Shown piece after piece: positions 42,798 to 52,157 of a stretch of DNA of 64,000 bases. This stretch comes from Escherichia phage P896. A program made the position numbers and the translations under genes. Position 1 is the first letter of the stretch. Every line of letters begins with the position of its first letter. The notes below the pieces were generated by a model that worked only from the letters and a program-made list of their open reading frames with translations, did no database searches and had not been told where the DNA came from. Location: sequence record OL451225.1. One strand, 5' to 3'.

Positions 42798-43069
42798 AAT
42801 CCGGAGGTATACATCATAAGATAACGGTGTATATCTTCGAATCCTTCGTTAAATTGTTCAATGATTTGTTCAATTTCATCTTCAGATAAACTTTTAAACA
42901 ACTTGTTAAACGATACATTGTTTAACTCATTACCATTCTCATTCCTCAATCCCAACTCATTCAAAAACGCGATAAACACATCACGCTTCATCGTAATATC
43001 TTCCCGGTCGGTTTTAATCAAAATTGAAGTTACAGTAACAATTTCAGAAACGATTTCAAATTTAGTCAT
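42794..43069 (-). CDS. asiA: Anti-sigma70 factor AsiA
   Basis: 91 aa; T4 AsiA-like (...EI.TV.SILIK..REDI...R..FIAFLNE.G......LN..SF.K.......E....I..FNEGFE...RYL.MYT..); converges on t with overlapping stop codons. Confidence 0.75.
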   Translation of the reverse strand: MTKFEIVSEIVTVTSILIKTDREDITMKRDVFIAFLNELGLRNENGNELNNVSFNKLFKSLSEDEIEQIIEQFNEGFEDIHRYLMMYTSGF

Positions 43070-43118
43070 TTTAATTTACTCAAGTATTCAATAAGACATT
43101 CAATTATTCAGTAAGGAT

Positions 43119-43150
43119 ATTGTACTATTATTCCTCTGGGTTGTACACAT
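43119..43150 (-). promoter_or_regulatory. T4 early-type promoter upstream of asiA
   Basis: Minus strand GTGTACAAC-N17-TACAAT. Confidence 0.45.
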
Positions 43151-43292
43151 GATTTTCCATCTGTACAACATATTCCTGATACATCTGTTCAACTGGTTCC
43201 TGGAACTTAAAATCAGCTCCAAGGAATTCCTCAAAGCAAGACTGTTCGTGTGTACGTTGGCCAGTGATGGTGTTCTCTAAGTTATGACTCAT
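43128..43292 (-). CDS. Small hypothetical protein (54 aa)
   Basis: ORF below the track cutoff, MSHNLENTITGQRTHEQSCFEEFLGADFKFQEPVEQMYQEYVVQMENHVYNPEE, with GAGGA Shine-Dalgarno; acidic. Confidence 0.35.
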   Translation of the reverse strand: MSHNLENTITGQRTHEQSCFEEFLGADFKFQEPVEQMYQEYVVQMENHVYNPEE

Positions 43293-43301
43293 AACGATTC
43301 C

Positions 43302-43583
43302 TCAATCAATATAATATTCTAGACCAAAATCATCAATTTCTTCTTGAATTTCTCTTAATACTTGTTCTTCATCTAGACCAGACCCAAAAGTTACTTTAGC
43401 ATAACCTGGACGTTCACAAGAGAACCGAATTGTGTATTCCGGTTGGATATATCCAAAACTACTATCCAAATCACAAAGAATTTCTGCATAGATTTCGTCG
43501 CCGACAGCAGCATGAATTTTAAAAAGTTCATCAATGAGAATAACTAGTTCAGTTGCTTCGTACGTATGGAGTTTAGTAATCAT
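43302..43583 (-). CDS. arn: Small acidic protein, Arn-like (anti-restriction DNA mimic) by size, charge and position
   Basis: 93 aa (T4 Arn is 92 aa); strongly acidic; next to asiA as in T4. Not verified by alignment. Confidence 0.35.
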   Translation of the reverse strand: MITKLHTYEATELVILIDELFKIHAAVGDEIYAEILCDLDSSFGYIQPEYTIRFSCERPGYAKVTFGSGLDEEQVLREIQEEIDDFGLEYYID

Positions 43584-43672
43584 AACCTTTACCCTTATGT
43601 TTCTGTTTACGATTAGATTCTTTAAAGTTTTTCTTCTTATCCTTATGGACAGACGCCTTATTGAAATCGTGT

Positions 43673-43951
43673 TTAGCTACCAGGTTGTTCATGTAATTTC
43701 CTTAATTGGTATTCAAGAGAGCTAATAATTTCTTTATTAGTCGCAATATACATATCACGCAGGAAGGGCTTCAGACCTTCTCTAACTCTATATGTGTTAT
43801 CACTAATATCCTTTATATATTCATGGTCTAGGGCATCCCAACCTGGCTGGTTAACATAAGTTCCCCAGTTGTCTTCCATCATGGTATTCAGATGTTTGAT
43901 ATGATTAATATGGTTTTCAATCGCATCAATTTGGAGTTGTTTAAGGTTCAT
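43673..43951 (-). CDS. Hypothetical protein
   Basis: 92-aa ORF. Confidence 0.5.
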   Translation of the reverse strand: MNLKQLQIDAIENHINHIKHLNTMMEDNWGTYVNQPGWDALDHEYIKDISDNTYRVREGLKPFLRDMYIATNKEIISSLEYQLRKLHEQPGS

Positions 43952-44421
43952 TAGTAAAGGTCCTCTGAATAAAGTTCTTTCTCACTGCCGCCACGTTCAA
44001 TGTGCACCTGATTTGCATAAGTCGCAATAATCATTGCTTCTTCGCGGGTCCAGTAATTGCTGTATTGGTCAATAAATCCTTGATTATCACCACAAACATG
44101 GTCTGACACAAGTTTATCACTTACCTGGTCAAGCACTTCTGCCATATCCTTGGAATAATGTCTGGCGCCGGGAATAACCAGAGTCCCGCCATCTTTCAAC
44201 TTAAAGCGGTTGGCTGCACACACAATCCTGCGCTGATATTTTTCATTGTTGTTCCAATGAGCAATCTGCCAACAGATTTCAGGAACTTCCTTTAGAATAT
44301 CTTCTTCTGTGCATTTATAACCATGTGCTTTAAATTTTTCAGCAAGACTTTCTGGAGTCTCACGAGATAAAGGAACATTCAGCATTTTTAAACGATTAAT
44401 AAATGGATTCATTTGAACCAA
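43951..44421 (-). CDS. Hypothetical protein
   Basis: 156-aa ORF. Confidence 0.5.
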   Translation of the reverse strand: MVQMNPFINRLKMLNVPLSRETPESLAEKFKAHGYKCTEEDILKEVPEICWQIAHWNNNEKYQRRIVCAANRFKLKDGGTLVIPGARHYSKDMAEVLDQVSDKLVSDHVCGDNQGFIDQYSNYWTREEAMIIATYANQVHIERGGSEKELYSEDLY

Positions 44422-44741
44422 CCTTTAACACGTTGCCACAGACTTTTCTGTTGAGCTTTATTAACACCAATTGAGCGAATAACTGGTTGTGATTCCTGGT
44501 ATTCTTTGTAGTCAGCTTTATATACTTCATATGCTGCTGGAACAAAGGCACCAATCGCTGCCATGAAGTTCTTGCGTGCACCAAACGGAGCTACTGCATC
44601 ATCCTGACGATGGATAAGATACTGGCCAGCTTTGACCTTGACAATAGTTCCAAGGTAAGCGCCATGATACCAAACATCCCAACCTTCTTGAGTAGGTTCC
44701 ACACAAGCGCGTAATTCATTAACAATATTCAGCTTATTCAT
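44409..44741 (-). CDS. Hypothetical protein
   Basis: 110-aa ORF. Confidence 0.5.
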   Translation of the reverse strand: MNKLNIVNELRACVEPTQEGWDVWYHGAYLGTIVKVKAGQYLIHRQDDAVAPFGARKNFMAAIGAFVPAAYEVYKADYKEYQESQPVIRSIGVNKAQQKSLWQRVKGWFK

Positions 44742-44748
44742 AATTTCC

Positions 44749-45357
44749 TCACTTTAAGATGTTAATAACATGTTGAATGTTTTCAGTTGACATAACGTTG
44801 TCAATGTAGGTATTCAATCCACCTACTTTAACGCTAAATCCCACGTCTGTAAACTGTTTTACTATCTTTTGTTCAGTATTATACGCATGCACACGAATCT
44901 GACCATCACGACGTACATCAATCTGTTTTAATGTCTTGATACGTTTGAACTTCACAATCAGATTGCTGCGGTCTTCTGAAATGCTCTTAAAGTCAATACC
45001 AATAGACAACAATTGCTCTTTGATATATTCTGCAGTCGCTTCCATTTCATCAGTCACACCGCGTTTTGTTCTTGTCTTTTTCACTTCCAGAAGGTCAGGA
45101 TTATTTTCATTCGCCCAAAGTTCAGCTGCATCCAGAATAAGGTCAACGCCTTTTTCTGTAACCATCAAACCATCACCAGAAGCTTCAACATAGTTGTTAT
45201 TCAACAAGGTCTGTACGCTATCAATTGATGTGTTCTGCTGGTCTAAAACAACCTCTGGACTCACGAAGTTGTTTTTGTATACAAACACCAGAGCATTGAC
45301 ATCAGTCTCATGCAGCGCGTTCTGGGAGCATTTAACGATATAATTTAACTTGTTCAC
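44749..45357 (-). CDS. motA: MotA-like middle-transcription activator (tentative)
   Basis: 202 aa (T4 MotA is 211 aa); position between the arn block and gene 52 matches T4; similarity not verified. Confidence 0.4.
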   Translation of the reverse strand: MNKLNYIVKCSQNALHETDVNALVFVYKNNFVSPEVVLDQQNTSIDSVQTLLNNNYVEASGDGLMVTEKGVDLILDAAELWANENNPDLLEVKKTRTKRGVTDEMEATAEYIKEQLLSIGIDFKSISEDRSNLIVKFKRIKTLKQIDVRRDGQIRVHAYNTEQKIVKQFTDVGFSVKVGGLNTYIDNVMSTENIQHVINILK

Positions 45358-45359
45358 AA

Positions 45360-45587
45360 TTATCCCTTAATAGATTTCATGTAATTTGATGCATATGATT
45401 GTACCACAGTACGTTTCATATGGGAAGTAGAAACAATCACATCAATCGCTTGTTTACGTTCTTCTTTAGAATTCGCCAGTTTGAACATGTCAAAGTAATA
45501 ATAGCAAGCTTCTTTGTTAGATTTGAATTTAGCGTTGATGTATTCTTGACCTTCATTCTGTTGTGCAGTAAACATTTTATTCTCCAA
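45360..45587 (-). CDS. Hypothetical protein
   Basis: 75-aa ORF with TGGAGAATAAAATG leader and its own early promoter. Confidence 0.5.
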   Translation of the reverse strand: MENKMFTAQQNEGQEYINAKFKSNKEACYYYFDMFKLANSKEERKQAIDVIVSTSHMKRTVVQSYASNYMKSIKG

Positions 45588-45624
45588 AGTTTTTGTGATT
45601 CAGTGTGTAACTCAGTATGGAATC

Positions 45625-45660
45625 ATTATGCCTCATGACCATCTGGTTGTACACTACTTT
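45625..45660 (-). promoter_or_regulatory. T4 early-type promoter
   Basis: Minus strand AAAAAAGTAGTGTACAACC-N-CATAATGATTCCATACTGAGTTAC. Confidence 0.5.
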
Positions 45661-45667
45661 TTTAAAA

Positions 45668-45692
45668 TAAAAAAGGACCCCGAAGGGTCCTA
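45668..45692 (-). terminator. Intrinsic terminator
   Basis: Minus-strand GGACCC-UUCG-GGGUCC followed by UUUUUUAUUUU. Confidence 0.65.
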
Positions 45693-45788
45693 GTCTTTAT
45701 CTATCTTATTACCAATAAACATACCAACAATCACACCTGCGATTGCCGCAAAAATACAAAGCAATGCAAACTCAACTCCAAAACTCAT
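45690..45788 (-). CDS. Small hydrophobic protein (32 aa), coupled to gene 52
   Basis: MSFGVEFALLCIFAAIAGVIVGMFIGNKIDKD; its ATG overlaps the gene 52 stop (ATGA). Confidence 0.4.
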   Translation of the reverse strand: MSFGVEFALLCIFAAIAGVIVGMFIGNKIDKD

Positions 45789-47164
45789 AGAGCCTCCAAA
45801 TCATTAAGGTATTCAGTTTTAACATCAGTTGTCTTCCAGTACTCATGCTCAGCTTTCTTAGCCTTTGCTTCGTCTGCAAGCTTCTTGGCTTCATCAGAGG
45901 TCATATGGTAGATGTTCATCGCCACTAACTTCTCTGCATAATCGCCATATATTTCACTCGCCTGGAGTTCCTCAATCAACTTCTTACGAGGTTTCCCCTG
46001 GATAACAACCTTACCATCAATCACTTCTTTAATAAAGAAGACTTTCGCGCGGGCCAGTTTAAATGCCGCTTCAGTTTCTTTAATCTTACTGTCAATTCGC
46101 ACTTGAACATAAGTCTTACGGACATCAACGAAATCGCGAATCAGGTCAAGCGTGTTGGTGTATTCAGCCAGCTTGCCTTTGTGATTAAGCACCGTTAAGT
46201 TCTGGGAGAGCTTCTCAATCAGACCGAAGTCTTTCATGATTTTCTCATGATTCTCTTCTTCAGTACCATCCAGCTTGTATTCTTTGCGGAATTTAATCTT
46301 AAACCCGAAACCATGCTCGCCGCAGTTATCTTTCCAGGTGATAAAACCTTTCTCTTCCAGTGGGTCCAGAATTTTACTTATATACTTTTCCAGGTTCCAT
46401 TGGACCGGGATTTCAGTAATTTCCATTTGAGTCCTGGAGGTCATTTTGTATGTGCCATGAAGCTCATACTTGCCAGGCTCTTCCAATTCAACAACTTTGC
46501 CACGGAATTCTGGATATTTTACTTTCGGAGCAACCGGCTCACGACCTTCCACGATAGCTTTAACAGCTTCCTTGACGTCCTGGAACGAATGAGGAAGAAT
46601 ATCAGTAGCGAAGCCAACAGCAATCCCAGAAGTGGCGTTAAGTAATACAGTAGGAATAACAGGAAGATAAAAAGCAGGAGGCTTATGTTCTTCATCAGGA
46701 TGGACCGGAGCATATTCTGTATCCTTAAACAAGTTATAAAAGTTCTTTGAAACCCTTGCGAATACATAACGAGCTGATGATGCTTCTGGCACCATTCTGG
46801 AACCAAAGTTACCTTGCCCATCAAACATGGGGTATTCATTTTTATATGTTGCAACCAGACCAGAAGTTGCTTCTTCCGCTGATGCTTCGCCATGGTGATA
46901 ACCATAATCAGCTACGCCACCTGCAATGGATGCAACCTTATGGAATTTATTCTTATCACCGCGCGCCAGGTCTAATGCTCTCGCCATAACAAATCTGTGA
47001 ACTGGTTTAAAACCATCAATCATGTTTGGGATGGCACGACCTTCCACAGTGTATATAGCATATGACAATGCTTCCACATCAATAATGTCTTTTAGACTGC
47101 GTGGGTTAAGGGTCCCCATGGAATCACTGAACTGTTTGGACATCATACTTAAAACGTCAGACAT
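45785..47164 (-). CDS. 52: DNA topoisomerase II medium subunit gp52 (GyrA-like cleavage core)
   Basis: 459 aa (T4 is 442 aa); GyrA N-terminal features (...AIPNMIDGFKPVHRFV..., active-site region ...SSARYVFARVS...). Confidence 0.9.
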   Translation of the reverse strand: MSDVLSMMSKQFSDSMGTLNPRSLKDIIDVEALSYAIYTVEGRAIPNMIDGFKPVHRFVMARALDLARGDKNKFHKVASIAGGVADYGYHHGEASAEEATSGLVATYKNEYPMFDGQGNFGSRMVPEASSARYVFARVSKNFYNLFKDTEYAPVHPDEEHKPPAFYLPVIPTVLLNATSGIAVGFATDILPHSFQDVKEAVKAIVEGREPVAPKVKYPEFRGKVVELEEPGKYELHGTYKMTSRTQMEITEIPVQWNLEKYISKILDPLEEKGFITWKDNCGEHGFGFKIKFRKEYKLDGTEEENHEKIMKDFGLIEKLSQNLTVLNHKGKLAEYTNTLDLIRDFVDVRKTYVQVRIDSKIKETEAAFKLARAKVFFIKEVIDGKVVIQGKPRKKLIEELQASEIYGDYAEKLVAMNIYHMTSDEAKKLADEAKAKKAEHEYWKTTDVKTEYLNDLEAL

Positions 47165-47172
47165 ATATCACC

Positions 47173-47313
47173 TTACCAGATTAACGAATGTACTGCCATT
47201 ATAGCATCAGAAATAAAAAGCACAACCTGCACTAATGCAAATACAACTCCATAATACAGCGCTACCAATAATGCAGCAAGGGCTAACGAGTAGCCCAGGA
47301 TTTTCTTAATCAT
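47173..47313 (-). CDS. Small membrane protein (46 aa)
   Basis: MIKKILGYSLALAALLVALYYGVVFALVQVVLFISDAIMAVHSLIW; overlaps the next gene by ATGA. Confidence 0.4.
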   Translation of the reverse strand: MIKKILGYSLALAALLVALYYGVVFALVQVVLFISDAIMAVHSLIW

Positions 47314-47474
47314 CTATTAACCACAGAAATCATAAATTTAACAAAAGCGTCAGTTACAAACCATCCACATAAGAAATAAACAAACCCCATAGGCGGAACA
47401 AAGACACCTGCAAGAAAAAGCGTTACCAAAACAACTACTGCTATCATATAAATGAACGAAAAGACCGTTGACAT
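47310..47474 (-). CDS. Small membrane protein (54 aa; ac-like position)
   Basis: MSTVFSFIYMIAVVVLVTLFLAGVFVPP...; GAGGAAAAT Shine-Dalgarno; the track start at 47495 is a TTG upstream extension. Confidence 0.45.
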   Translation of the reverse strand: MSTVFSFIYMIAVVVLVTLFLAGVFVPPMGFVYFLCGWFVTDAFVKFMISVVNR

Positions 47475-47481
47475 ATTTTCC

Positions 47482-47562
47482 TCAGGGGCGTCCAAAGACG
47501 CCAGTTAATTTCAGATTATGACGATGCCATTGCATCACATGTTCATTATGGAAATTACTCAT
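47482..47562 (-). CDS. stp: Stp peptide (26 aa; inhibitor of type I restriction / activator of the PrrC anticodon nuclease)
   Basis: Hand-translated 26-aa [29 protein letters not shown]; size, sequence and position next to ndd match T4 stp. Confidence 0.65.
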   Translation of the reverse strand: MSNFHNEHVMQWHRHNLKLTGVFGRP

Positions 47563-47563
47563 A

Positions 47564-48013
47564 TTAATAGCTCTGCAAAATGAATTTAAAGTTATCAGCA
47601 AGCATGCGATTCATTTCTGAAAGGGTCTGACAATCAGAACTATGTGAGCGAGTGAACGCCATCGCAATTTGACCTTTACCATAACCAGTTGTCAGAGATT
47701 TCATTTTAGAAACTGGGACAAACAGGACTTCATAGATAACACCATTGTTCGCCATTGTGCGAGACAGTTGAGAACGCTGTTTGCGGATGTGACTTAACAC
47801 AGTGTCAAACCCTTGTTGTGAACGTTGGTTACCAACATAAAAACGTGCCGCAACAATACGTGATTCACCTTCACCTTTAACCACGAAATAAAAACCTGGC
47901 TGGGCGATAGCTTCTTTAGTTGGACGCCCTGCAACATAATTACCATTATGGATGTAAGCAACAGTGGTAGCGCCGGCATTCAGTACGTCACGACGGGTCA
48001 TGTAAGTAGTCAT
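47564..48013 (-). CDS. ndd: Nucleoid disruption protein Ndd
   Basis: 149 aa (T4 Ndd is 151 aa); position after stp. Confidence 0.7.
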   Translation of the reverse strand: MTTYMTRRDVLNAGATTVAYIHNGNYVAGRPTKEAIAQPGFYFVVKGEGESRIVAARFYVGNQRSQQGFDTVLSHIRKQRSQLSRTMANNGVIYEVLFVPVSKMKSLTTGYGKGQIAMAFTRSHSSDCQTLSEMNRMLADNFKFILQSY

Positions 48014-48057
48014 ATTAATTTCCTCAGTAAGTTAAAGTTTTGTGCTCCAGTGGGGTC

Positions 48058-48090
48058 ATTATACTCTGACCCCAAGAGTATGTACACTAT
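48058..48090 (-). promoter_or_regulatory. T4 early-type promoter with a palindrome around the -10
   Basis: Minus strand GTGTACATA-N-GGGGTCAGAGTATAATGACCCC (GGGGTCA/TGACCCC inverted repeat). Confidence 0.5.
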
Positions 48091-48431
48091 TTTTGAAGTT
48101 GTTCTAAAATAAATCCGCTGGTGTAAAGGCTTGCATTATACAGGCGGTCAAGAGACAACGAATCCAATCCATAAGCTTCGCGAATTGCATTGATAGCACT
48201 CTCATAACTTGTATAATAAACATCGCGATAATCGCGGTCCATAGTCATGCGGAACTTAATAAATTTGTAGAAACCAGTTTCAGGGTCCTGATAGAATGCA
48301 AATTCTGCAGACATCAAATTTTTAAGGTTAACAGCTTTTGTACCACCTGAATAACTTAAATCAAATGCTTCTGATATGCTAATCTGTTTAAAGAACATAA
48401 TGTTGCGATTACCAAAAAAGATTTTAGACAT
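48087..48431 (-). CDS. Hypothetical protein
   Basis: 114-aa ORF. Confidence 0.5.
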   Translation of the reverse strand: MSKIFFGNRNIMFFKQISISEAFDLSYSGGTKAVNLKNLMSAEFAFYQDPETGFYKFIKFRMTMDRDYRDVYYTSYESAINAIREAYGLDSLSLDRLYNASLYTSGFILEQLQK

Positions 48432-48470
48432 AATGATTTCCTCAGTTAAATTTTATTATCCACTGGGAAC

Positions 48471-48503
48471 ATTATACTCTGCTCCCAAGAGTTTGTACAC
48501 TAT
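48471..48503 (-). promoter_or_regulatory. T4 early-type promoter with a palindrome around the -10
   Basis: Minus strand GTGTACAAAC-N-GGGAGCAGAGTATAATGTTCCC. Confidence 0.5.
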
Positions 48504-48745
48504 TCTACATCAACTGCGTCATCCCACAAGTCAACTTCTTCTGATGATTCCATCAGTTCATCAACTGTGAAGCACTCAGTATTATTTTCAATTGCAAAAC
48601 GCTTCTGATAAAAAGGATAATCCAAACAGTTTTCAGTGCGCACGGGGCGTTCACTGTTATCCATTAAAGGCGAAATGCGAATCAGTTGTTGACCATTACC
48701 CAGGACAAATTTTTCACCAACTGCAATGTCTTTAAAAAGTTTCAT
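48500..48745 (-). CDS. Hypothetical protein
   Basis: 81-aa acidic ORF. Confidence 0.5.
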   Translation of the reverse strand: MKLFKDIAVGEKFVLGNGQQLIRISPLMDNSERPVRTENCLDYPFYQKRFAIENNTECFTVDELMESSEEVDLWDDAVDVE

Positions 48746-48948
48746 TGCTTAGCTCCATTCCAAATTACATCAACAACAGACTTCAAACCATTATCCTGGA
48801 TTTGTGTGAATACTTCAGCAGCAATCCAGACCTGGAAACCAATCATTGCAATGGCACCAATGAAAATCAGGATAATCATCGCCACAATAAACTTGAACAT
48901 AAAGTCAAAGCGACGATTGGATTTCTGAAAGTGTGAATTGTAATTCAT
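48742..48948 (-). CDS. Small membrane protein (68 aa from internal ATG)
   Basis: GAGGA Shine-Dalgarno before MNYNSHF...; one clear transmembrane helix. Confidence 0.45.
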   Translation of the reverse strand: MNYNSHFQKSNRRFDFMFKFIVAMIILIFIGAIAMIGFQVWIAAEVFTQIQDNGLKSVVDVIWNGAKQ

Positions 48949-48958
48949 AATATTATCC

Positions 48959-49075
48959 TCAAAAGAAATAGTTAAAGTAAACACGCACATGGTCAATCAT
49001 AAAAACAATTGGGAAAATGCTCAGGACAACAAACAGTACAAACATGTTCCAAATGGCTTTAAGTAACTTTTTCAT
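48959..49075 (-). CDS. Small membrane protein (38 aa)
   Basis: MKKLLKAIWNMFVLFVVLSIFPIVFMIDHVRVYFNYFF; GGAGA Shine-Dalgarno. Confidence 0.35.
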   Translation of the reverse strand: MKKLLKAIWNMFVLFVVLSIFPIVFMIDHVRVYFNYFF

Positions 49076-49100
49076 AATCATCTCCAGTAGTTGATAGGTT

Positions 49101-49132
49101 CATTATACTACAACCACCGGAGATGTACACTT
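49101..49132 (-). promoter_or_regulatory. T4 early-type promoter
   Basis: Minus strand GTGTACATC-N16-TATAATGAACCTATCAACTAC. Confidence 0.45.
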
Positions 49133-49220
49133 TTTTATGCAAGTTTCATTAATAATAAACTAAAACAAACGCAAATTACTGGGATACACAACATCCAGAT
49201 AAGACACCAGGTTTTGCTGC

Positions 49221-49487
49221 TCAAAATATCACCTCTTTGATTTCAATCAGACCCCTGTGCAATGCGGTGCGAAGGTCATAAAGAATATCTATGCCATCAA
49301 CATTATCCAGTTTTCCATCAATAAGCTTTTTTAAATCATGCTTTGATGCAACTAGCGGGCGAAGAAATTTACATTCAGAAAGAGACAATTCTGTAGTAAT
49401 ATCATCACCATCACCTGACGCATCATACATGGCAGCAACAACCATACCTGTAACTTTGTGCTTGGCGTAATATAATTTGATATCCAT
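49221..49487 (-). CDS. Hypothetical protein (start at internal ATG)
   Basis: GAGGAAAA Shine-Dalgarno before MDIKLYYAK...; 88 aa. Confidence 0.45.
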   Translation of the reverse strand: MDIKLYYAKHKVTGMVVAAMYDASGDGDDITTELSLSECKFLRPLVASKHDLKKLIDGKLDNVDGIDILYDLRTALHRGLIEIKEVIF

Positions 49488-49497
49488 TTTGTTTTCC

Positions 49498-49704
49498 TCA
49501 ATAATCAGCAAGCAAATCAACAATACAATCGCGAAGACATTTGTTTGCAATACGTTTAAGAGCAATTTCAGTTTCTGGAGCATTTTGAATAATCAAGGAA
49601 TTCAATTCAGCTTCAGCAAATTGCAATTCTTTAACCAGTTCAGCTTTATGCTTGCCTTCGCCTTGTTTTGCTTTAGCACGTTTTAATTCAGCAGTAGTCG
49701 ACAT
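49498..49704 (-). CDS. Hypothetical protein
   Basis: 68-aa ORF with TGGAGAATAAAATG leader. Confidence 0.5.
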   Translation of the reverse strand: MSTTAELKRAKAKQGEGKHKAELVKELQFAEAELNSLIIQNAPETEIALKRIANKCLRDCIVDLLADY

Positions 49705-49738
49705 TTTATTCTCCAGTTTGGTAACTCAGTATGGAATC

Positions 49739-49770
49739 ATTATGCACTGACTCCATACTGATGTACACTA
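49739..49770 (-). promoter_or_regulatory. T4 early-type promoter
   Basis: Minus strand AAAAAGTAGTGTACATC-N-CATAATGATTCCATACTGAGTTAC. Confidence 0.5.
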
Positions 49771-49778
49771 CTTTTTAA

Positions 49779-50144
49779 TTAATTGTGCATTTGTTCTTTA
49801 ACTTCTTTATATGCGCCAACTGCATTCACGACCCCAGTAAAATCTGCAGTCCCACGATAGAGATAGAAAGCAATTTCAGTCAGGTGGTAGACTTCAAATT
49901 CTGAAAGATAAACGATAACGTCATAATATGCAACTTGGCCCTGGACTTCGTTGAATACCACATCAAAAATTTCATGGGTTGGAAAATTGATGTTGTTGTT
50001 TTTGAGTGCTTGAATAAGAATTTGTTTGATGTTGTGAGTAGTAACGTGTTCCATGATAATGTCCTCATTTGTTGGTGTGAGGACATTATTCCATAGTTGG
50101 TTCAGCTTGTAAACCGGTGATAGGGAAATTTTTCTTCTGAACAA
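49779..50144 (-). CDS. Hypothetical protein
   Basis: 121-aa ORF. Confidence 0.5.
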   Translation of the reverse strand: MFRRKISLSPVYKLNQLWNNVLTPTNEDIIMEHVTTHNIKQILIQALKNNNINFPTHEIFDVVFNEVQGQVAYYDVIVYLSEFEVYHLTEIAFYLYRGTADFTGVVNAVGAYKEVKEQMHN

Positions 50145-50695
50145 GAACGGAGGTACCAGCCATCCCCTTGTGACTTCTGCACAAGACCAGACTCAGGAAC
50201 GAAAGCACCAGGTCCAGCAAGGAATTTTGGTTTAAATCTATAACCTTTGAGAGTCTCTTTTACATCGAGCATAATCATAAGGTCAGCAAGCTTGTGTTGC
50301 ATAAAAGGACCAAGATTGACCCCGTAACCATGCGGATAATCGCCCTGGTGACCAGTATGCACGGATATCCATTTGGAACCGGACTGATGAGTCTTGACTT
50401 CAATTCTTACGCCTTCTTTCGAAACTACATCAAATGCAAAGGAATAAGGATTATCGTAATCTTCATCACCGCCGCATAAAAAACCGGAGGTCCATTTGGC
50501 AATAGCTTGTTCAGCCATTGTGGCCACCATACATCTTTGCATGACTTGCTCACGGTCCTGACCTGGGTCTTTACGCAATGAATACCTGGCCGTGTCTACA
50601 ATCTTCTGCAGGGATTCAGGGGTTAAGTCTTCCTTCGTATAAAGAAAGGAGGGCATCTTTTTCAGATGCTCCCATGTTTTACTCTTCTGAATCAT
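50102..50695 (-). CDS. Hypothetical protein (possible denB / endonuclease IV position)
   Basis: 197 aa; lies in the ndd-rIIB interval where T4 carries denB; identity not verified. Confidence 0.3.
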   Translation of the reverse strand: MIQKSKTWEHLKKMPSFLYTKEDLTPESLQKIVDTARYSLRKDPGQDREQVMQRCMVATMAEQAIAKWTSGFLCGGDEDYDNPYSFAFDVVSKEGVRIEVKTHQSGSKWISVHTGHQGDYPHGYGVNLGPFMQHKLADLMIMLDVKETLKGYRFKPKFLAGPGAFVPESGLVQKSQGDGWYLRSCSEEKFPYHRFTS

Positions 50696-50948
50696 TTACG
50701 ACCTCATCGATGCCGACGATTCCCCGGATATGAAGCTCGCCATAGTACAAACGGTCATTAGCATCAAATGTATCAGAATCCGGGTCAGGGAATTCCCCAA
50801 CAACTACTTCATCACATTCCAACCAGCCATAGTGAACATCACCTTCATGCTTGATGAGCTTACCGCAGTAAACTATTCCTGCGTAATGGTGACCCCGGAG
50901 ATTTGAAACTTTGATGTCACGGTCTGACACATTGAAATGCTTAATCAT
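50679..50948 (-). CDS. Hypothetical protein
   Basis: 89-aa ORF. Confidence 0.45.
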   Translation of the reverse strand: MIKHFNVSDRDIKVSNLRGHHYAGIVYCGKLIKHEGDVHYGWLECDEVVVGEFPDPDSDTFDANDRLYYGELHIRGIVGIDEVVNDSEE

Positions 50949-50951
50949 AAT

Positions 50952-51149
50952 TTATTCACCAAAATAAGAGATACGAGTTGCCAGTACATGAGCATATGCG
51001 CCCATCGCGTCAAGTTGTGAAATCAAAAAACCTTGTTGACGAGCATCGAGAGTTTCAAAAACACCGCCCTTAATAAATTCTTCAAGAGCATTAATTTTCA
51101 AAACCAGCTGGTCATGTTCTTCAACTACACGTGCTTGGAAACCTAACAT
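50952..51149 (-). CDS. Hypothetical protein
   Basis: 65-aa ORF. Confidence 0.45.
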   Translation of the reverse strand: MLGFQARVVEEHDQLVLKINALEEFIKGGVFETLDARQQGFLISQLDAMGAYAHVLATRISYFGE

Positions 51150-51182
51150 AAAGCCTCATTAGGGGCCGAAGCCCCGATTAAT

Positions 51183-52157
51183 TTAGAATTGTTCAGTTAC
51201 ATCATCAAGGACTAAGTAACCACACACCCTCATTTTTGCATTATTATAATCCACCGGGATACTTACAACATCACGCGGGTGAACTTTACAGGATACGATG
51301 CGTCCATCACCATGACCAAAACCACTTCCGATATAACCTTTAGAGCAAACATGCAACCCAGTCGAACAAGTCTGTTCGTCATTGTCATTCACACGAGAGC
51401 GCGGCATTTTAACATATTGACCAGGGCTGTTGTCAAATGTGTTTGAGTGGCAATCTTTGTAAGTTGCACGAACCATTTTCCATGCGATGAAATGACCGTC
51501 TTCGGTGATTTCGATATCGTTCGCAACCAGGAAGTCAAACAAACGCTGTACAGCTTTCTCACTCGGGTTCTCAAGGAGATTCTCGAGGAATGGCAGATAG
51601 AATTCAAAGTCTTCGCCATTTTGCATTGAATCAATGATACGAGTAACCAGGCCAGAGCGCAGTTCAATTCCCTGATAGAACAGGCTACCACCTTCAATAC
51701 GCACATCGCCTTTCACATATTTTTGTACTGCAGCTTTGATTGAGATAAACTCGATAGCATCATCAAAACGAGATTCAATCAATGCCTGAATAATATCATT
51801 AAAGTGTTTATGGTCTTTTGTTGCGTTCCAAACCGTACGACCTTCGGTGATGGAAACGAATTTGCTTGATGCATTCCATACGATTTCTGGGCGGCTACCG
51901 CCGATTGTATCTTCAACAACCGGAACTTCAACCGTTACTGCCACTGGAGCATTAATCGCCACCCCGACATCGGCTTTCAATGATGCAGAAATGGTTTTAG
52001 CTAATTTTGATTCTTTATCATTTTTCAAAACACGGCGAATGGTGTCAACCGATACACCGAAATTATCTGCTAGTTCCTGTTGGGTATAATTACCAGTTTT
52101 ATAAAGAGAAACTACCTGATTTTGGTCAAATTTGGATAAAGCTTTAATATTAAACAT
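51183..52157 (-). CDS. rIIB: Rapid-lysis protein rIIB
   Basis: 324 aa (T4 is 312 aa); strong match to T4 rIIB (...GNYTQQELAD..GVSVDTIRRVLKN..., ...GDVRIEGGSLFYQ.IELRSGLV.RI.DSM..GE.FEFY.PFLENLLENPS.KAV.RLFDFLVANDIEITEDG...). Confidence 0.9.
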   Translation of the reverse strand: MFNIKALSKFDQNQVVSLYKTGNYTQQELADNFGVSVDTIRRVLKNDKESKLAKTISASLKADVGVAINAPVAVTVEVPVVEDTIGGSRPEIVWNASSKFVSITEGRTVWNATKDHKHFNDIIQALIESRFDDAIEFISIKAAVQKYVKGDVRIEGGSLFYQGIELRSGLVTRIIDSMQNGEDFEFYLPFLENLLENPSEKAVQRLFDFLVANDIEITEDGHFIAWKMVRATYKDCHSNTFDNSPGQYVKMPRSRVNDNDEQTCSTGLHVCSKGYIGSGFGHGDGRIVSCKVHPRDVVSIPVDYNNAKMRVCGYLVLDDVTEQF

